Source: a virus (taxonomy: Duplodnaviria; Caudoviricetes). Taken from it: a stretch of 34,831 nucleotides of DNA. A program made the translations under genes and the position numbers. The notes below the pieces were generated by a model. It made no database searches, was not told the origin of the DNA, and saw nothing but the letters and a program-made list of their open reading frames with translations. Each line of letters opens with the position of its first letter. Positions within the stretch are counted from its first letter, which is position 1. This document shows, piece by piece, positions 1-8,603 of the stretch. The stretch covers positions 1-34,831 of the IMG/VR virus record IMGVR_UViG_3300017913_002239; one strand, given 5' to 3'.

Positions 1-2
1 CC

Positions 3-1529
3 ATCTAAACTCAGCGGACTTGTGTTTGCTAGTACACTGTTTACTTCTGGAGCACTTAGGTAAGGCCAATTTGCTGCAATAACATCAGCGGCGCTTTGTG
101 CAGAAATTGTACCTGTTGTGCCAATCTTAGCCAAGTAGGTATGTGCTTTAACGTTGCCGCTATCATTGTACATTACCGTACTAAACAGATACTTTTCACC
201 ATCGGGTCCGACAACAATATTGATTGGCTGTCCCCAGTTTAATGCATTGCTAGTGCTGTCGTAAATCTGGTTGTAAAAATCTTTGAATACATTTTCATAC
301 TTTTGTACAAACTTGCCATCACTGGTTTGAACTAGCACCCGGGTACCGTCATTGTATCCTCCGCTCATGTCATCGCTTGCACTAAGCAAAATATCATCTA
401 AGCCGTCGTTGTTGATATCAACGAGCACAGGCTGATAGCTTGCTTGAATATCGTGATCATAATCTACTAGTACACTGTCGGTTACGTCGGTAAAAGATCC
501 TGCACCGTCGTTTCGCAAAAACTGCATAGCACTTAGGTTTACACCGTTGCCACTGAGATTACTTACTACAACAACGTCTTCAACGCCATCGCTGTTGAAA
601 TCCATTGTAAAGTTGCGAATTTCGTGCGGTGCAGTACCTGCTGTTGCTAGCTCGGATGCAAAATTTCCGTTGTGGAAATAGCTTGTTGGGAGAGTTGCAA
701 CCTCTGTGAGCGTTACAGTACCGCCTACTGCATTAAAACTGTAAAGTTTTGTGTCGCTTTGTACACTTGTAGGAGCATCTGTTAGTATGATGGTATTAGT
801 GCCATCATTCAAGTAGTCGGCAATACTAATACCTGATCCGCCAATATTACCAGTATGAGTATCAAAAGTTCCGTCTGCATTACCATAGCTTACAACGATA
901 CGATCGGTGCCTCCAATATTGCTCATGACAATATCGTCACGTCCGTCACCGTTTAGATCTCCTACCCAACTGTCGTGTGTCCAGTTATCACCGCCTGTGT
1001 TAATTGTGCTACGAGTAAAACTGTTTGTGCCGCTGTTGTGGAAAACAACTGGGTTGGCATATAATGCACTCATATCTGTTGATGGCGCTGAAAACATGTC
1101 AATGTTGCCGTCGCCGTCAAAGTCACCAAACTTGATGCTAGGTTCAGAGCCTACAATCTCATTGTCGTTTCCAGAAAACCATGTGCTGGTTTCGTTAGAG
1201 AAACTGCCAGTGTTCCAGCCGTATAACTGTAGATTGGTATTACGCCATGTTGCGGCTGTTGCTGGCTGACTCATACGTCCGCCCACAACTACTTCATCTA
1301 CTGTGTCGTTGTTTAAATCTTTTACAAAGACATCGCTGACAGTTGCATTTACACCTGTGCCTTCGAGAGGAGCATAATGATTGATTCGACTTGGAGTAGC
1401 GTAGCCTACACTGCTACGAATATATCCTGTGCCGGTATTAGTGTTACCACCGCCACCGCCACCGCCACCACCGCATGCGGTAAGCATCACAGCCGAAGCT
1501 AATACTGAAAGTTGAAATGGAATACGCAT
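3..1529 (-). CDS. Secreted lipoprotein with FG-GAP/VCBS beta-propeller repeats (partial, runs off left edge; not in ORF track)
   Basis: Manual translation from ATG at 1529: MRIPFQLSVLASAVMLTAC-G9-NTNTG. Lipobox LTAC, then repeated Ca-binding motifs DLNNDTVDEV, DFDGDGNIDM, DLNGDGRDDI, DFNSDGVEDV, DINNDGLDDI. Frame is open to the window start. Confidence 0.85.
   Translation of the reverse strand, partial: MRIPFQLSVLASAVMLTACGGGGGGGGGNTNTGTGYIRSSVGYATPSRINHYAPLEGTGVNATVSDVFVKDLNNDTVDEVVVGGRMSQPATAATWRNTNLQLYGWNTGSFSNETSTWFSGNDNEIVGSEPSIKFGDFDGDGNIDMFSAPSTDMSALYANPVVFHNSGTNSFTRSTINTGGDNWTHDSWVGDLNGDGRDDIVMSNIGGTDRIVVSYGNADGTFDTHTGNIGGSGISIADYLNDGTNTIILTDAPTSVQSDTKLYSFNAVGGTVTLTEVATLPTSYFHNGNFASELATAGTAPHEIRNFTMDFNSDGVEDVVVVSNLSGNGVNLSAMQFLRNDGAGSFTDVTDSVLVDYDHDIQASYQPVLVDINNDGLDDILLSASDDMSGGYNDGTRVLVQTSDGKFVQKYENVFKDFYNQIYDSTSNALNWGQPINIVVGPDGEKYLFSTVMYNDSGNVKAHTYLAKIGTTGTISAQSAADVIAANWPYLSAPEVNSVLANTSPLSLD
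1446..1472 (-). repeat. (GGT/GGC)9 poly-glycine linker after the lipoprotein Cys
   Basis: Nine consecutive Gly codons directly after TGC. Confidence 0.9.
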
Positions 1530-1561
1530 TGTCTAGCACCATAAGTTTACCCATTTGTATT

Positions 1562-1590
1562 ATTATAGGATAAACTTGGTTACTAGTCAA
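1562..1590 (-). promoter_or_regulatory. Sigma70-type promoter for the FG-GAP lipoprotein gene
   Basis: Minus strand TTGACT-17 nt-TATAAT; the -35 box overlaps the last codons of the upstream gene. Confidence 0.8.
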
Positions 1591-2164
1591 CCTTTTTTAC
1601 ACTTTTGATGAAAGAATTGTATTTGTCTGAGGTAACACCTGTTAATCTAAGCATTACTCGTGTGTGTTCACTGCCATTTGCAGTGCCGTGTGGTAGTTTG
1701 CCCCAATCACAAACTAGATCGCCTGCACTCCAATGTTGTAACACAGTGTCTCCCCATTGCAAAAATTGGCATGGCTCGTAGTCTGTGAGAAACACCAGCA
1801 TTCTACGGATTTGGCTTTTGTCTCTGTCGCCATAACTGCCGTATTCATCTGTATGCCACATGTTGAACATACCTGGCTCTTGACTCATGATTACACATTG
1901 GCATTCTGCTAGTCCAATTTGTTCAATAACAGCATCCAATTCAGGGTAATGTCCGTCGTTGGGTTTAAACTTGTGTCTTTTGCCTAGCGGACGAGTAGGA
2001 TTAAGCCCGTGACGCAAATATAGCATCATACTATCTCTAACATCAGGATCTTCAAGATTTATACTGCTGTGCATTCCTTCATGCATGTACTTGGCATGTG
2101 GTTTATATTTTTCTACAACACTAGGAAAGTCTACATCTTTGAATACGCCTTGTATAAAATTCAT
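1583..2164 (-). CDS. Fe(II)/2-oxoglutarate dioxygenase-like (AspH/cupin-like) protein
   Basis: QEPG..WHTD...RMLVFLTDY...W.AGD...PHGTAN..R: HxD...H facial triad plus distal Arg. Confidence 0.65.
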   Translation of the reverse strand: MNFIQGVFKDVDFPSVVEKYKPHAKYMHEGMHSSINLEDPDVRDSMMLYLRHGLNPTRPLGKRHKFKPNDGHYPELDAVIEQIGLAECQCVIMSQEPGMFNMWHTDEYGSYGDRDKSQIRRMLVFLTDYEPCQFLQWGDTVLQHWSAGDLVCDWGKLPHGTANGSEHTRVMLRLTGVTSDKYNSFIKSVKKVD

Positions 2165-2805
2165 ACATATATTTCCGTTACAACATCTTGTTTTAACAAT
2201 GCTTCGAATCCTGGAGTAATTTCTCCTGTGGTTAACAACAGTGGACGATTTGTGTGTCCAAAGTTAGCAGTACCGTGTGGGAGATCCTGCCAGCGGAAAT
2301 AGATAGCATCACCTTTTTTCCAATGATGTATATGTTTACCGCCAAACATCATCACTTGCCCAGGCGCCCAATCATCTAGCATGATCATTAATCTTGCAAG
2401 ACGTGTATCTTTGTCCTCGCCAAGATAGTCCCAAAAACCATTCCCGTAGTTTGCATCCATGTGTAGTACATGCATCTGCCCTGGCTTTTGTATATGTATT
2501 AGGCTTCTGCTTTTAGCAAAAGGCAATGCTTTTATTAGATTTTGAAGCCAAGAGCTACTATCATCAGCGTAACCTTCTACATAGCGATCTTCTAGCGTCA
2601 TGCCATTGACTGCTTGCTGTTCAACAGTTATTGCTCCACTGGTGCGCTTTTCTTTGTACACTTCAACTGTTGTAGGATCCCAATCACCTACTAGTCTAAA
2701 AAGTGGAGCTCGTAGATAGTAAGGATTTACATCTTCCGCAAACGATTGATCATAATTGCCTTTGTTTAATAAATCTAAATATGCTTGTGGTTCAGATTTG
2801 TACAT
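2161..2805 (-). CDS. Fe(II)/2-oxoglutarate dioxygenase-like protein (paralogue)
   Basis: QKPGQ..LHMD...RLMIMLDDWAPGQ...WKKGD...PHGTAN..R. Confidence 0.65.
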   Translation of the reverse strand: MYKSEPQAYLDLLNKGNYDQSFAEDVNPYYLRAPLFRLVGDWDPTTVEVYKEKRTSGAITVEQQAVNGMTLEDRYVEGYADDSSSWLQNLIKALPFAKSRSLIHIQKPGQMHVLHMDANYGNGFWDYLGEDKDTRLARLMIMLDDWAPGQVMMFGGKHIHHWKKGDAIYFRWQDLPHGTANFGHTNRPLLLTTGEITPGFEALLKQDVVTEIYV

Positions 2806-3898
2806 TTATATCTTCCGTAAGTGCGCATTGTTTGATAGCGTCTATTACTTGTTCTGCTTCTGAATCTGTGTGCCAAGGACTACACGGAATACTTATCGCA
2901 TGTTTTACATATAGATCTGTAAAAGGATAATTTCCTGCTGGATGTTCAAACACAGGTGCATTAGCAAAATTATAGGTATAGTGTAGTTGAGTTTCCACAC
3001 CTTTGTCAATCATTCTATCTCTAAAACTGTATTTGTTGTCTACCATGATAGTAAACTTGTGATTGTTTGTTTCACTGTAGTCAGGGCTTGGTCTAACAGT
3101 AACACCTATCTCTGCTAATTCATTGCGATAGTATTCAGCAATTTCTGCTCTGCGATTGTGAAAACTTTTAGCGTGTTGTAGACTACAATACAATTGAGCA
3201 CTTTTGTCTGCGTGTGGTTGTGCATTGAATCCAACATGATTAATAGCATCGCCTACATCTCTATTTAGATATCCATTTCGACGGATGATGTATAAATCTT
3301 TTGCAAGATCTTCATCGTCGGTGAATACTGCTCCGTATGTACCAAATACAGGAATGTTTTTGTTGGTACTGAAACTCAAGATACTCATTCGTCCAAGTTT
3401 TGTATTTTCTGTGCCTTTGTATTTGTTAAACACACTTTGAGCACTGTCGTTTAGTACAGGAATACCCAAGTCTTTAACAGCATCATAGTCAAAACTATCA
3501 CCATATAGTCCTGTAGTTAAGATTGCTCGTGTACGCTCTGTGATTTTGCTTTTGATATTTGTTAAATCCATTTGTCCATAGCGATTGATATCTACAAACA
3601 CAGGAGTTGCACCTACAACCTTAATGGGCATTGCAGTAGCAGGACAACTGTAGTTGATACAAATTACTTCGTCGCCCGGGCCGATACCCTGTGCTAACAG
3701 CATTGCAATAATACCAGCAGTGCCGCTGGTTACTAGTAGTGCGTGTTTTCTTCCTGTGAGTTGTTGTAGAAACTGTTCGCTTTTAACACAATACTCACCT
3801 TCGAACTGCCCATCACGACTGTATACATCCTCAAGACACGAGTAATACTCATCCTTTACAAGTTCAAACATACGACTAATAGGAATAAATTTAATCAT
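2792..3898 (-). CDS. DegT/DnrJ/EryC1/StrS family PLP-dependent (sugar) aminotransferase
   Basis: TSGTAG, GIGPGDEVI, GATPVFVDI, DSAQS, SFSTNKN (PLP Lys). Start taken at MIKF (3898), which overlaps the upstream stop; the ORF track starts at 3916. Confidence 0.9.
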   Translation of the reverse strand: MIKFIPISRMFELVKDEYYSCLEDVYSRDGQFEGEYCVKSEQFLQQLTGRKHALLVTSGTAGIIAMLLAQGIGPGDEVICINYSCPATAMPIKVVGATPVFVDINRYGQMDLTNIKSKITERTRAILTTGLYGDSFDYDAVKDLGIPVLNDSAQSVFNKYKGTENTKLGRMSILSFSTNKNIPVFGTYGAVFTDDEDLAKDLYIIRRNGYLNRDVGDAINHVGFNAQPHADKSAQLYCSLQHAKSFHNRRAEIAEYYRNELAEIGVTVRPSPDYSETNNHKFTIMVDNKYSFRDRMIDKGVETQLHYTYNFANAPVFEHPAGNYPFTDLYVKHAISIPCSPWHTDSEAEQVIDAIKQCALTEDINVQI

Positions 3899-4517
3899 TG
3901 AATTTAACTCCTGCAATGAAAAGAATACTGCGAGACGCTTTGCTACAGTTTGCAGTATAGTGTGGCATGTGCCAAGGAAATTCTATAACATCGCCTTGTC
4001 GCCAATCCGTAAGAGCACTGGTGCCCAAACAAAATACCTGTCCTAAACTCCACGGCTCTAAAAATACAATGAATTTTCTCAATTCGCCTACTGTTGCTGT
4101 AGCAGTTTCATCCGGGTAAAATTTTAAAAACAAGTTGCGATTTAAATCTACATGTACTCCAACTTGATTACCCGGAAGTTGTTTATTAAGAGTTACATCA
4201 GCATAATCCAAATTCAACTGGTTGCATATTTCGTCTAGTTCAGAATCTCCATCCAAGAAGTGATGCTCTCCCATTACATTACTTGCAACATGTTCTTGCT
4301 CTGCATCTGGGCGTACTACACCTTTCTTTTCTTTGGTGAAAAATGTTTTTTGATTTGGGTTGTAACGTAGATAGTGATCCCATTTGAGATCAACCAATCC
4401 TCGATGTAGTGTATAGTCAGGGGTATTGTTTGCTAAATGTTGCTGATAAGCATTTTCGGCATGCTGATAAAAATCTGGATCTTTAATCAAGTCTAGCCAC
4501 AGTGTATTATTGTGCAT
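3891..4517 (-). CDS. Fe(II)/2-oxoglutarate dioxygenase-like protein (paralogue)
   Basis: QLPG..VHVD...FIVFLEPWSLGQ...WRQGD...PHYTAN..R. ATG at 4517 preferred over 4526. Confidence 0.65.
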   Translation of the reverse strand: MHNNTLWLDLIKDPDFYQHAENAYQQHLANNTPDYTLHRGLVDLKWDHYLRYNPNQKTFFTKEKKGVVRPDAEQEHVASNVMGEHHFLDGDSELDEICNQLNLDYADVTLNKQLPGNQVGVHVDLNRNLFLKFYPDETATATVGELRKFIVFLEPWSLGQVFCLGTSALTDWRQGDVIEFPWHMPHYTANCSKASRSILFIAGVKFND

Positions 4518-5505
4518 AGTCTTCAAAACTTCCTTTTCTGTTCAAGTCGCATGTGATACATGTACTACCTTGGCTAAACCAATATTGATGCGTGAACGGC
4601 AAGAACACACAATCTACACCTTTGCTTTCCAACAGTTTGATAAAGTCTGGATACAATTTTTTATAGTGTTCAAAAACAAAAACAGTGTTCTCATCGTAGC
4701 TTAACATACTTGACTGGAAATATGTGTTGTCCCAATCGTCATCTTGTAATTCTGTGTCTACTATTTCTGGCGCTTTACCAAAAATTTGTGTAGGTATAAT
4801 ATCCCAGTTTTGCATAAAGTCAGGGTGCTTTTCTTTTGGGTATGGACTTATTATTAGTCCAGGACGTATAATTTTTACTTGTGCATCCATGTGTCCGCTA
4901 AAGCATGGATCCATTACCACAATATCAAAACGATCCCCGAAGTGTCTTTGTATCCACTCAACACCCATCATGTTACCTGCACCACTGGTGCTTATTAGTA
5001 ATTTGTCGCCTAGTCTTGCAATCTGTGCTGTATCCAGTATAGGTTGCAGATTGTTCAAATAATCATCATTGTCAAAGTCTCTGTCTTCTAAACTTGGCTT
5101 GGGCATGCTGATCCACTGAGCACCTTCTTTAAACAGTTTAACAAACAGTTCTTTGTAGTATAAATCTTCGAAGTGTGCAGAACGTTTATGACTTGCGGCT
5201 TCTAATAGTGTATTACCGATTACAGCAAAACTATCACGTGGACTTAGTGCATTTCGAATACCATTTTCTCGCCAGTATGGAGTTTCAATTGCTTTGCTGT
5301 GAGATTCTTTTATAACAGGCCTGTGTACTTCAATGCCTAAACTTTCAAACGTTTTTTTCATACTGTTTAAATCTTGTACAGTAGTTTGAAATATATCTTC
5401 TATCTGTGTTCTATACAGAGGGTTGACGTGTTCAAGTAATCCAAGGTTAATGTCCCCTAGAATAACTCTTTGTAATTGTGTGAAATCATCGAATACATGT
5501 ATCAT
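4507..5505 (-). CDS. Amidinotransferase (pentein family; glycine/inosamine-phosphate amidinotransferase-like)
   Basis: L..VILG, PRD, LDTAQ (Asp), GN..GVEWIQRH, GHMD (His), GSTCITCDL.R (Cys): catalytic triad in the expected order. Confidence 0.8.
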   Translation of the reverse strand: MIHVFDDFTQLQRVILGDINLGLLEHVNPLYRTQIEDIFQTTVQDLNSMKKTFESLGIEVHRPVIKESHSKAIETPYWRENGIRNALSPRDSFAVIGNTLLEAASHKRSAHFEDLYYKELFVKLFKEGAQWISMPKPSLEDRDFDNDDYLNNLQPILDTAQIARLGDKLLISTSGAGNMMGVEWIQRHFGDRFDIVVMDPCFSGHMDAQVKIIRPGLIISPYPKEKHPDFMQNWDIIPTQIFGKAPEIVDTELQDDDWDNTYFQSSMLSYDENTVFVFEHYKKLYPDFIKLLESKGVDCVFLPFTHQYWFSQGSTCITCDLNRKGSFEDYAQ

Positions 5506-5825
5506 ATTTTTATTCTGTCTTTTCTCAGCATCAATGTTCCAAAATTACCTGTATGCTTACTGAAGTTTGCATGACTGCTAATAACGTCAAATACAAACAT
5601 AGTACCGTTTTTTGTTTTAATGGCTTTTTTACGATCTAGCAACTGTTCTAATACTTTTATGTATCTTATATTACCGGCATCGCAGAAAATTTCCAGTATG
5701 TGTTCGCCTACTTCAAAATGAATATCATACGGGGGGTGTATTTCTGCGTTGTTGTATAAAATAATACAATCAGAAACGCAAGAAATCTCCAAAGTTTTCT
5801 TATTGTTATCACTTTGGAGACTCAT
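5502..5825 (-). CDS. Hypothetical protein
   Basis: 107 aa ORF filling the gap, ATGA overlap with the downstream gene; no recognised motif. Confidence 0.6.
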   Translation of the reverse strand: MSLQSDNNKKTLEISCVSDCIILYNNAEIHPPYDIHFEVGEHILEIFCDAGNIRYIKVLEQLLDRKKAIKTKNGTMFVFDVISSHANFSKHTGNFGTLMLRKDRIKI

Positions 5826-5834
5826 GTTAGCTTT

Positions 5835-7127
5835 TTAAACTGCTAAAAAGTAAATTACACTGATTGCAGCAATAGCAATCGAACCTGCGTTGAGGTCTTC
5901 TTGTCTACCGCTTAGTGCTTTGATCACTGCGTATGCAATGAAACCAAGTGCAATGCCGTGTGCAATACTGAATGTAAGTGGCATTAGGACTGCCGCTAGT
6001 ACTGCGGGTGCATACTCTGTTACGTCGTCCCATGCAATGTCTGCAATGTTACGCAAGAAGTAGGTTGCAATAAACACCAATGCGGCGCCTGTTGCGAAAG
6101 CAGGAATGCTTTGTGCTAATGGAGCAAAGAACAAACAAGCACCAAACAGCACTGCTACTGTAACTGCTGTAAGTCCAGTCCTGCCGCCTTCCTTGATACC
6201 TGCACCGCTTTCAATGTATGAAGTAGTGTTACTTGTACCTGCTAACGCACCTACTGTTGTTGCAACCGAGTCTGCCATTACTGCACGATCAATACCGTCA
6301 ACTTCGCCATCTTTGTTTACTTTACCTGTGAGGTTAGCAACTGAAGTAAGTGTTCCTGCTGTGTCAAAGAAGTCAACAAACAAGAAAGCAAATGCAGTAC
6401 CAATAAATCCTGCTGTTGCAATCAAACTAAAGTCCAAGCTAAATGCATGTTCAGGACTTGGAATAGCACCAGCAACTCCGCCCATTTCAGCAAAGCCTGT
6501 TACCCAAGCAATAATGCTAGTAGCAAGGATACCAATAATAACTGCACCTGGTACTCCGCGCTTATCAAGGATAGCCATAATAGCAAAGCCCAGTCCTGCA
6601 AGAAGCACAGGAACACTGCCTACATCGCCAAGTCCTACAAGTGTAGCAGGATTGTCTACTACTACGCCGGCATTTTTCAAACCAATAATAGCAAGGAACA
6701 AGCCAATACCTGCTCCAACACCCAGTTTCATGCTTCGCGGAATGCTGTTGATAATGTACTTTCGAGCGGGTGTTACACTAAGAGCAATAAACACTACACC
6801 TGCTACAAATACAGCGGCTAGTGCTTGTTGATATGTGTATCCCATGCCAAAGATTACACCAAATGTAAAGAACGCATTAAGTCCCATACCTGGTGCTAGT
6901 GCCACAGGCCAGTTGGCCCATAGTCCCATGATCAGCGTACCGACCATAGCGGCAATAATAGTTGCTGTAAACACAGCACCAAATGCCATTCCTGTGCCAT
7001 CTGAACTTAGGATAGCAGGGTTAACAACAGTAATATAAGCCATTGTTAAGAATGTGGCAAGTCCAGCAAGTAGTTCAGTTTTTACTGTAGTACCTGCTTT
7101 CTCAAGCCCAAATAGTTTTTCTAACAT
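5835..7127 (-). CDS. NCS2/AzgA family purine (adenine/guanine/hypoxanthine) permease
   Basis: TELLAGLATFLTMAYI, LAPGMGLNAFF, DFFDTAGTL, YIESGAGIKEGGRTGLTA, MPLTFSIAHGI; many hydrophobic segments; GAGG RBS upstream. Confidence 0.92.
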   Translation of the reverse strand: MLEKLFGLEKAGTTVKTELLAGLATFLTMAYITVVNPAILSSDGTGMAFGAVFTATIIAAMVGTLIMGLWANWPVALAPGMGLNAFFTFGVIFGMGYTYQQALAAVFVAGVVFIALSVTPARKYIINSIPRSMKLGVGAGIGLFLAIIGLKNAGVVVDNPATLVGLGDVGSVPVLLAGLGFAIMAILDKRGVPGAVIIGILATSIIAWVTGFAEMGGVAGAIPSPEHAFSLDFSLIATAGFIGTAFAFLFVDFFDTAGTLTSVANLTGKVNKDGEVDGIDRAVMADSVATTVGALAGTSNTTSYIESGAGIKEGGRTGLTAVTVAVLFGACLFFAPLAQSIPAFATGAALVFIATYFLRNIADIAWDDVTEYAPAVLAAVLMPLTFSIAHGIALGFIAYAVIKALSGRQEDLNAGSIAIAAISVIYFLAV

Positions 7128-7142
7128 ATATGTTACCTCGGT

Positions 7143-7835
7143 TTATCTTGGTGCAAACTCTTGTTGGAGCTTGATGTTATCCATAAACTCCTTCTTAACC
7201 GCACTGTCCTCTTTAAATGCACCTTTGAGAACTGTGGTTTGTGTCAATGAACTATGCGCTCGAATTCCGCGATTTTCGCAACATCCGTGAGTGGCCTGAA
7301 TGTACACCCCAACATCTGTTGAGCCTGTAGCATCCATGATTTCGCGAGCAATGTCCATTGCCAACTCTTCTTGAAGTGTACCACGTTGAGCACACCATTG
7401 AGCAATACGAGTGTATTTGCTCAACCCAATCAATGTATCAGCGGCAATAATGCCAATGTATGCTACACCTGCAACAGGTTGATGATGGTGACTGCACATT
7501 GATTTAAGTTCGCTTCGCACCACCAACATACCGTCGTATGGTTCATCGGTATGATTCGGAAATGCTGTAGCATTAGGTCGCGGCTCGTAACGTCCGCTCA
7601 TGATTTCGTTTACATACATCTTAGCAAGACGTCTGCCTGTATCTTGACTGTTAGGATCATTAAATCGATCAATGATTAAACTGTCAAGTACACTTTCAAA
7701 CTTGTGTGTCAATTCATCAATGAGTTGTGCCTTTTCCTCGGCATTGATAAACTCGCTGATATTATCTCCAGCCCAATAACGACCGTTAAAATCTTGTATG
7801 CGTTTTGTAATAATTTCACTTATAGGTTGTTTCAT
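7143..7835 (-). CDS. folE: GTP cyclohydrolase I
   Basis: T..RLAKMY, SMCSHH, IGLSKYTR, LQEEL, ATHGCCENRG; GGAGAG RBS. Confidence 0.95.
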   Translation of the reverse strand: MKQPISEIITKRIQDFNGRYWAGDNISEFINAEEKAQLIDELTHKFESVLDSLIIDRFNDPNSQDTGRRLAKMYVNEIMSGRYEPRPNATAFPNHTDEPYDGMLVVRSELKSMCSHHHQPVAGVAYIGIIAADTLIGLSKYTRIAQWCAQRGTLQEELAMDIAREIMDATGSTDVGVYIQATHGCCENRGIRAHSSLTQTTVLKGAFKEDSAVKKEFMDNIKLQQEFAPR

Positions 7836-7838
7836 TTT

Positions 7839-7868
7839 CTCTCCGAGTTATAGACGGGGATGTCTATA
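7839..7868 (-). promoter_or_regulatory. 5' UTR hairpin next to the folE Shine-Dalgarno sequence
   Basis: Minus strand TATAGAC-ATCCCC-GTCTATA (perfect 7 bp stem), then ACTC GGAGAG AAA ATG. Confidence 0.55.
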
Positions 7869-7878
7869 GTTGTTTAGT

Positions 7879-7907
7879 ATTGTAAGATGTTATTTAGATG
7901 AATGCAA
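7879..7907 (-). promoter_or_regulatory. Sigma70-type promoter for folE-permease
   Basis: Minus strand TTGCAT-17 nt-TACAAT, with a TAAATA in the spacer (7891-7896). Confidence 0.6.
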
Positions 7908-8603
7908 GATATTTTGGTAATTTATTCTTTGATAAATTTGATCAGCCATCAGTTTATGTCCGTGTGCGTTTGGGTGTACATCATTGGCTGAAATAAAAAC
8001 TTTTTGGTCTATTATAAAATCCAAAGCACAAAAACAATCTGAAGATTCGTCTAGTGGAATTGCATCTTTGCTGAAATAAAAAGCAGTGTAGTTTGTATTA
8101 AATTTCTGCTTACAAAAATTTGTGTAAGCAGTGAGATTTAAGATTGCTTCGTATTCGCTGTAGTATCGGCAGTACCAATCATCAAAAAATTTTAAATTTT
8201 TTATTTTTTTAAAAGCATTTTTAAAATTTTTTACACTGTTTAAACTCCAGAATTTTGGTTTATTGTAGCTTCTGAAAAATTCTGGGTCGTCTCGATAAAC
8301 TATAATGTCATGATCTGGTAAGTCTTGATGCAAATTGTTGTTGCAATCGTATACAAATGATTTCCTGCCCGGAGGTGCCCATCCGACAATCACATAATCA
8401 TTTTTAGATATGTTGCTTTGCTGTTTTAAAATATTATGAAAAATATATAGATTATCTGAACCAGCATTAGCACAATTTATAATTTTTTTTATCCCTAAGT
8501 ATTCTGACAAGTATTCTGCCCAATACCTTTCATTTTCGTTCAATGAAAAAGGTTGAGAAAAACTATGCCCAAAAACCCATAGTTTACTCATAACATACAC
8601 CAT
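7890..8603 (-). CDS. SGNH/GDSL hydrolase-like protein
   Basis: VFGHSFS (block I), NCANAGSDN, C-terminal DVHPNAHGH. True start probably MSKLW. Confidence 0.7.
   Translation of the reverse strand: MVYVMSKLWVFGHSFSQPFSLNENERYWAEYLSEYLGIKKIINCANAGSDNLYIFHNILKQQSNISKNDYVIVGWAPPGRKSFVYDCNNNLHQDLPDHDIIVYRDDPEFFRSYNKPKFWSLNSVKNFKNAFKKIKNLKFFDDWYCRYYSEYEAILNLTAYTNFCKQKFNTNYTAFYFSKDAIPLDESSDCFCALDFIIDQKVFISANDVHPNAHGHKLMADQIYQRINYQNILHSSK

Noticed and set aside
1446-1472. Phase-variable simple sequence repeat
   Set aside because: Mixed GGT/GGC triplets preserve frame; this is a common Gly linker after lipoprotein Cys.
6106-6831. 241 aa plus-strand ORF, and the other plus-strand ORFs (e.g. 907-1269, 22304-22789, 32943-33359)
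   Set aside because: Antisense shadows of well-supported minus-strand genes; no motifs or RBS, and composition mirrors the reverse codons.
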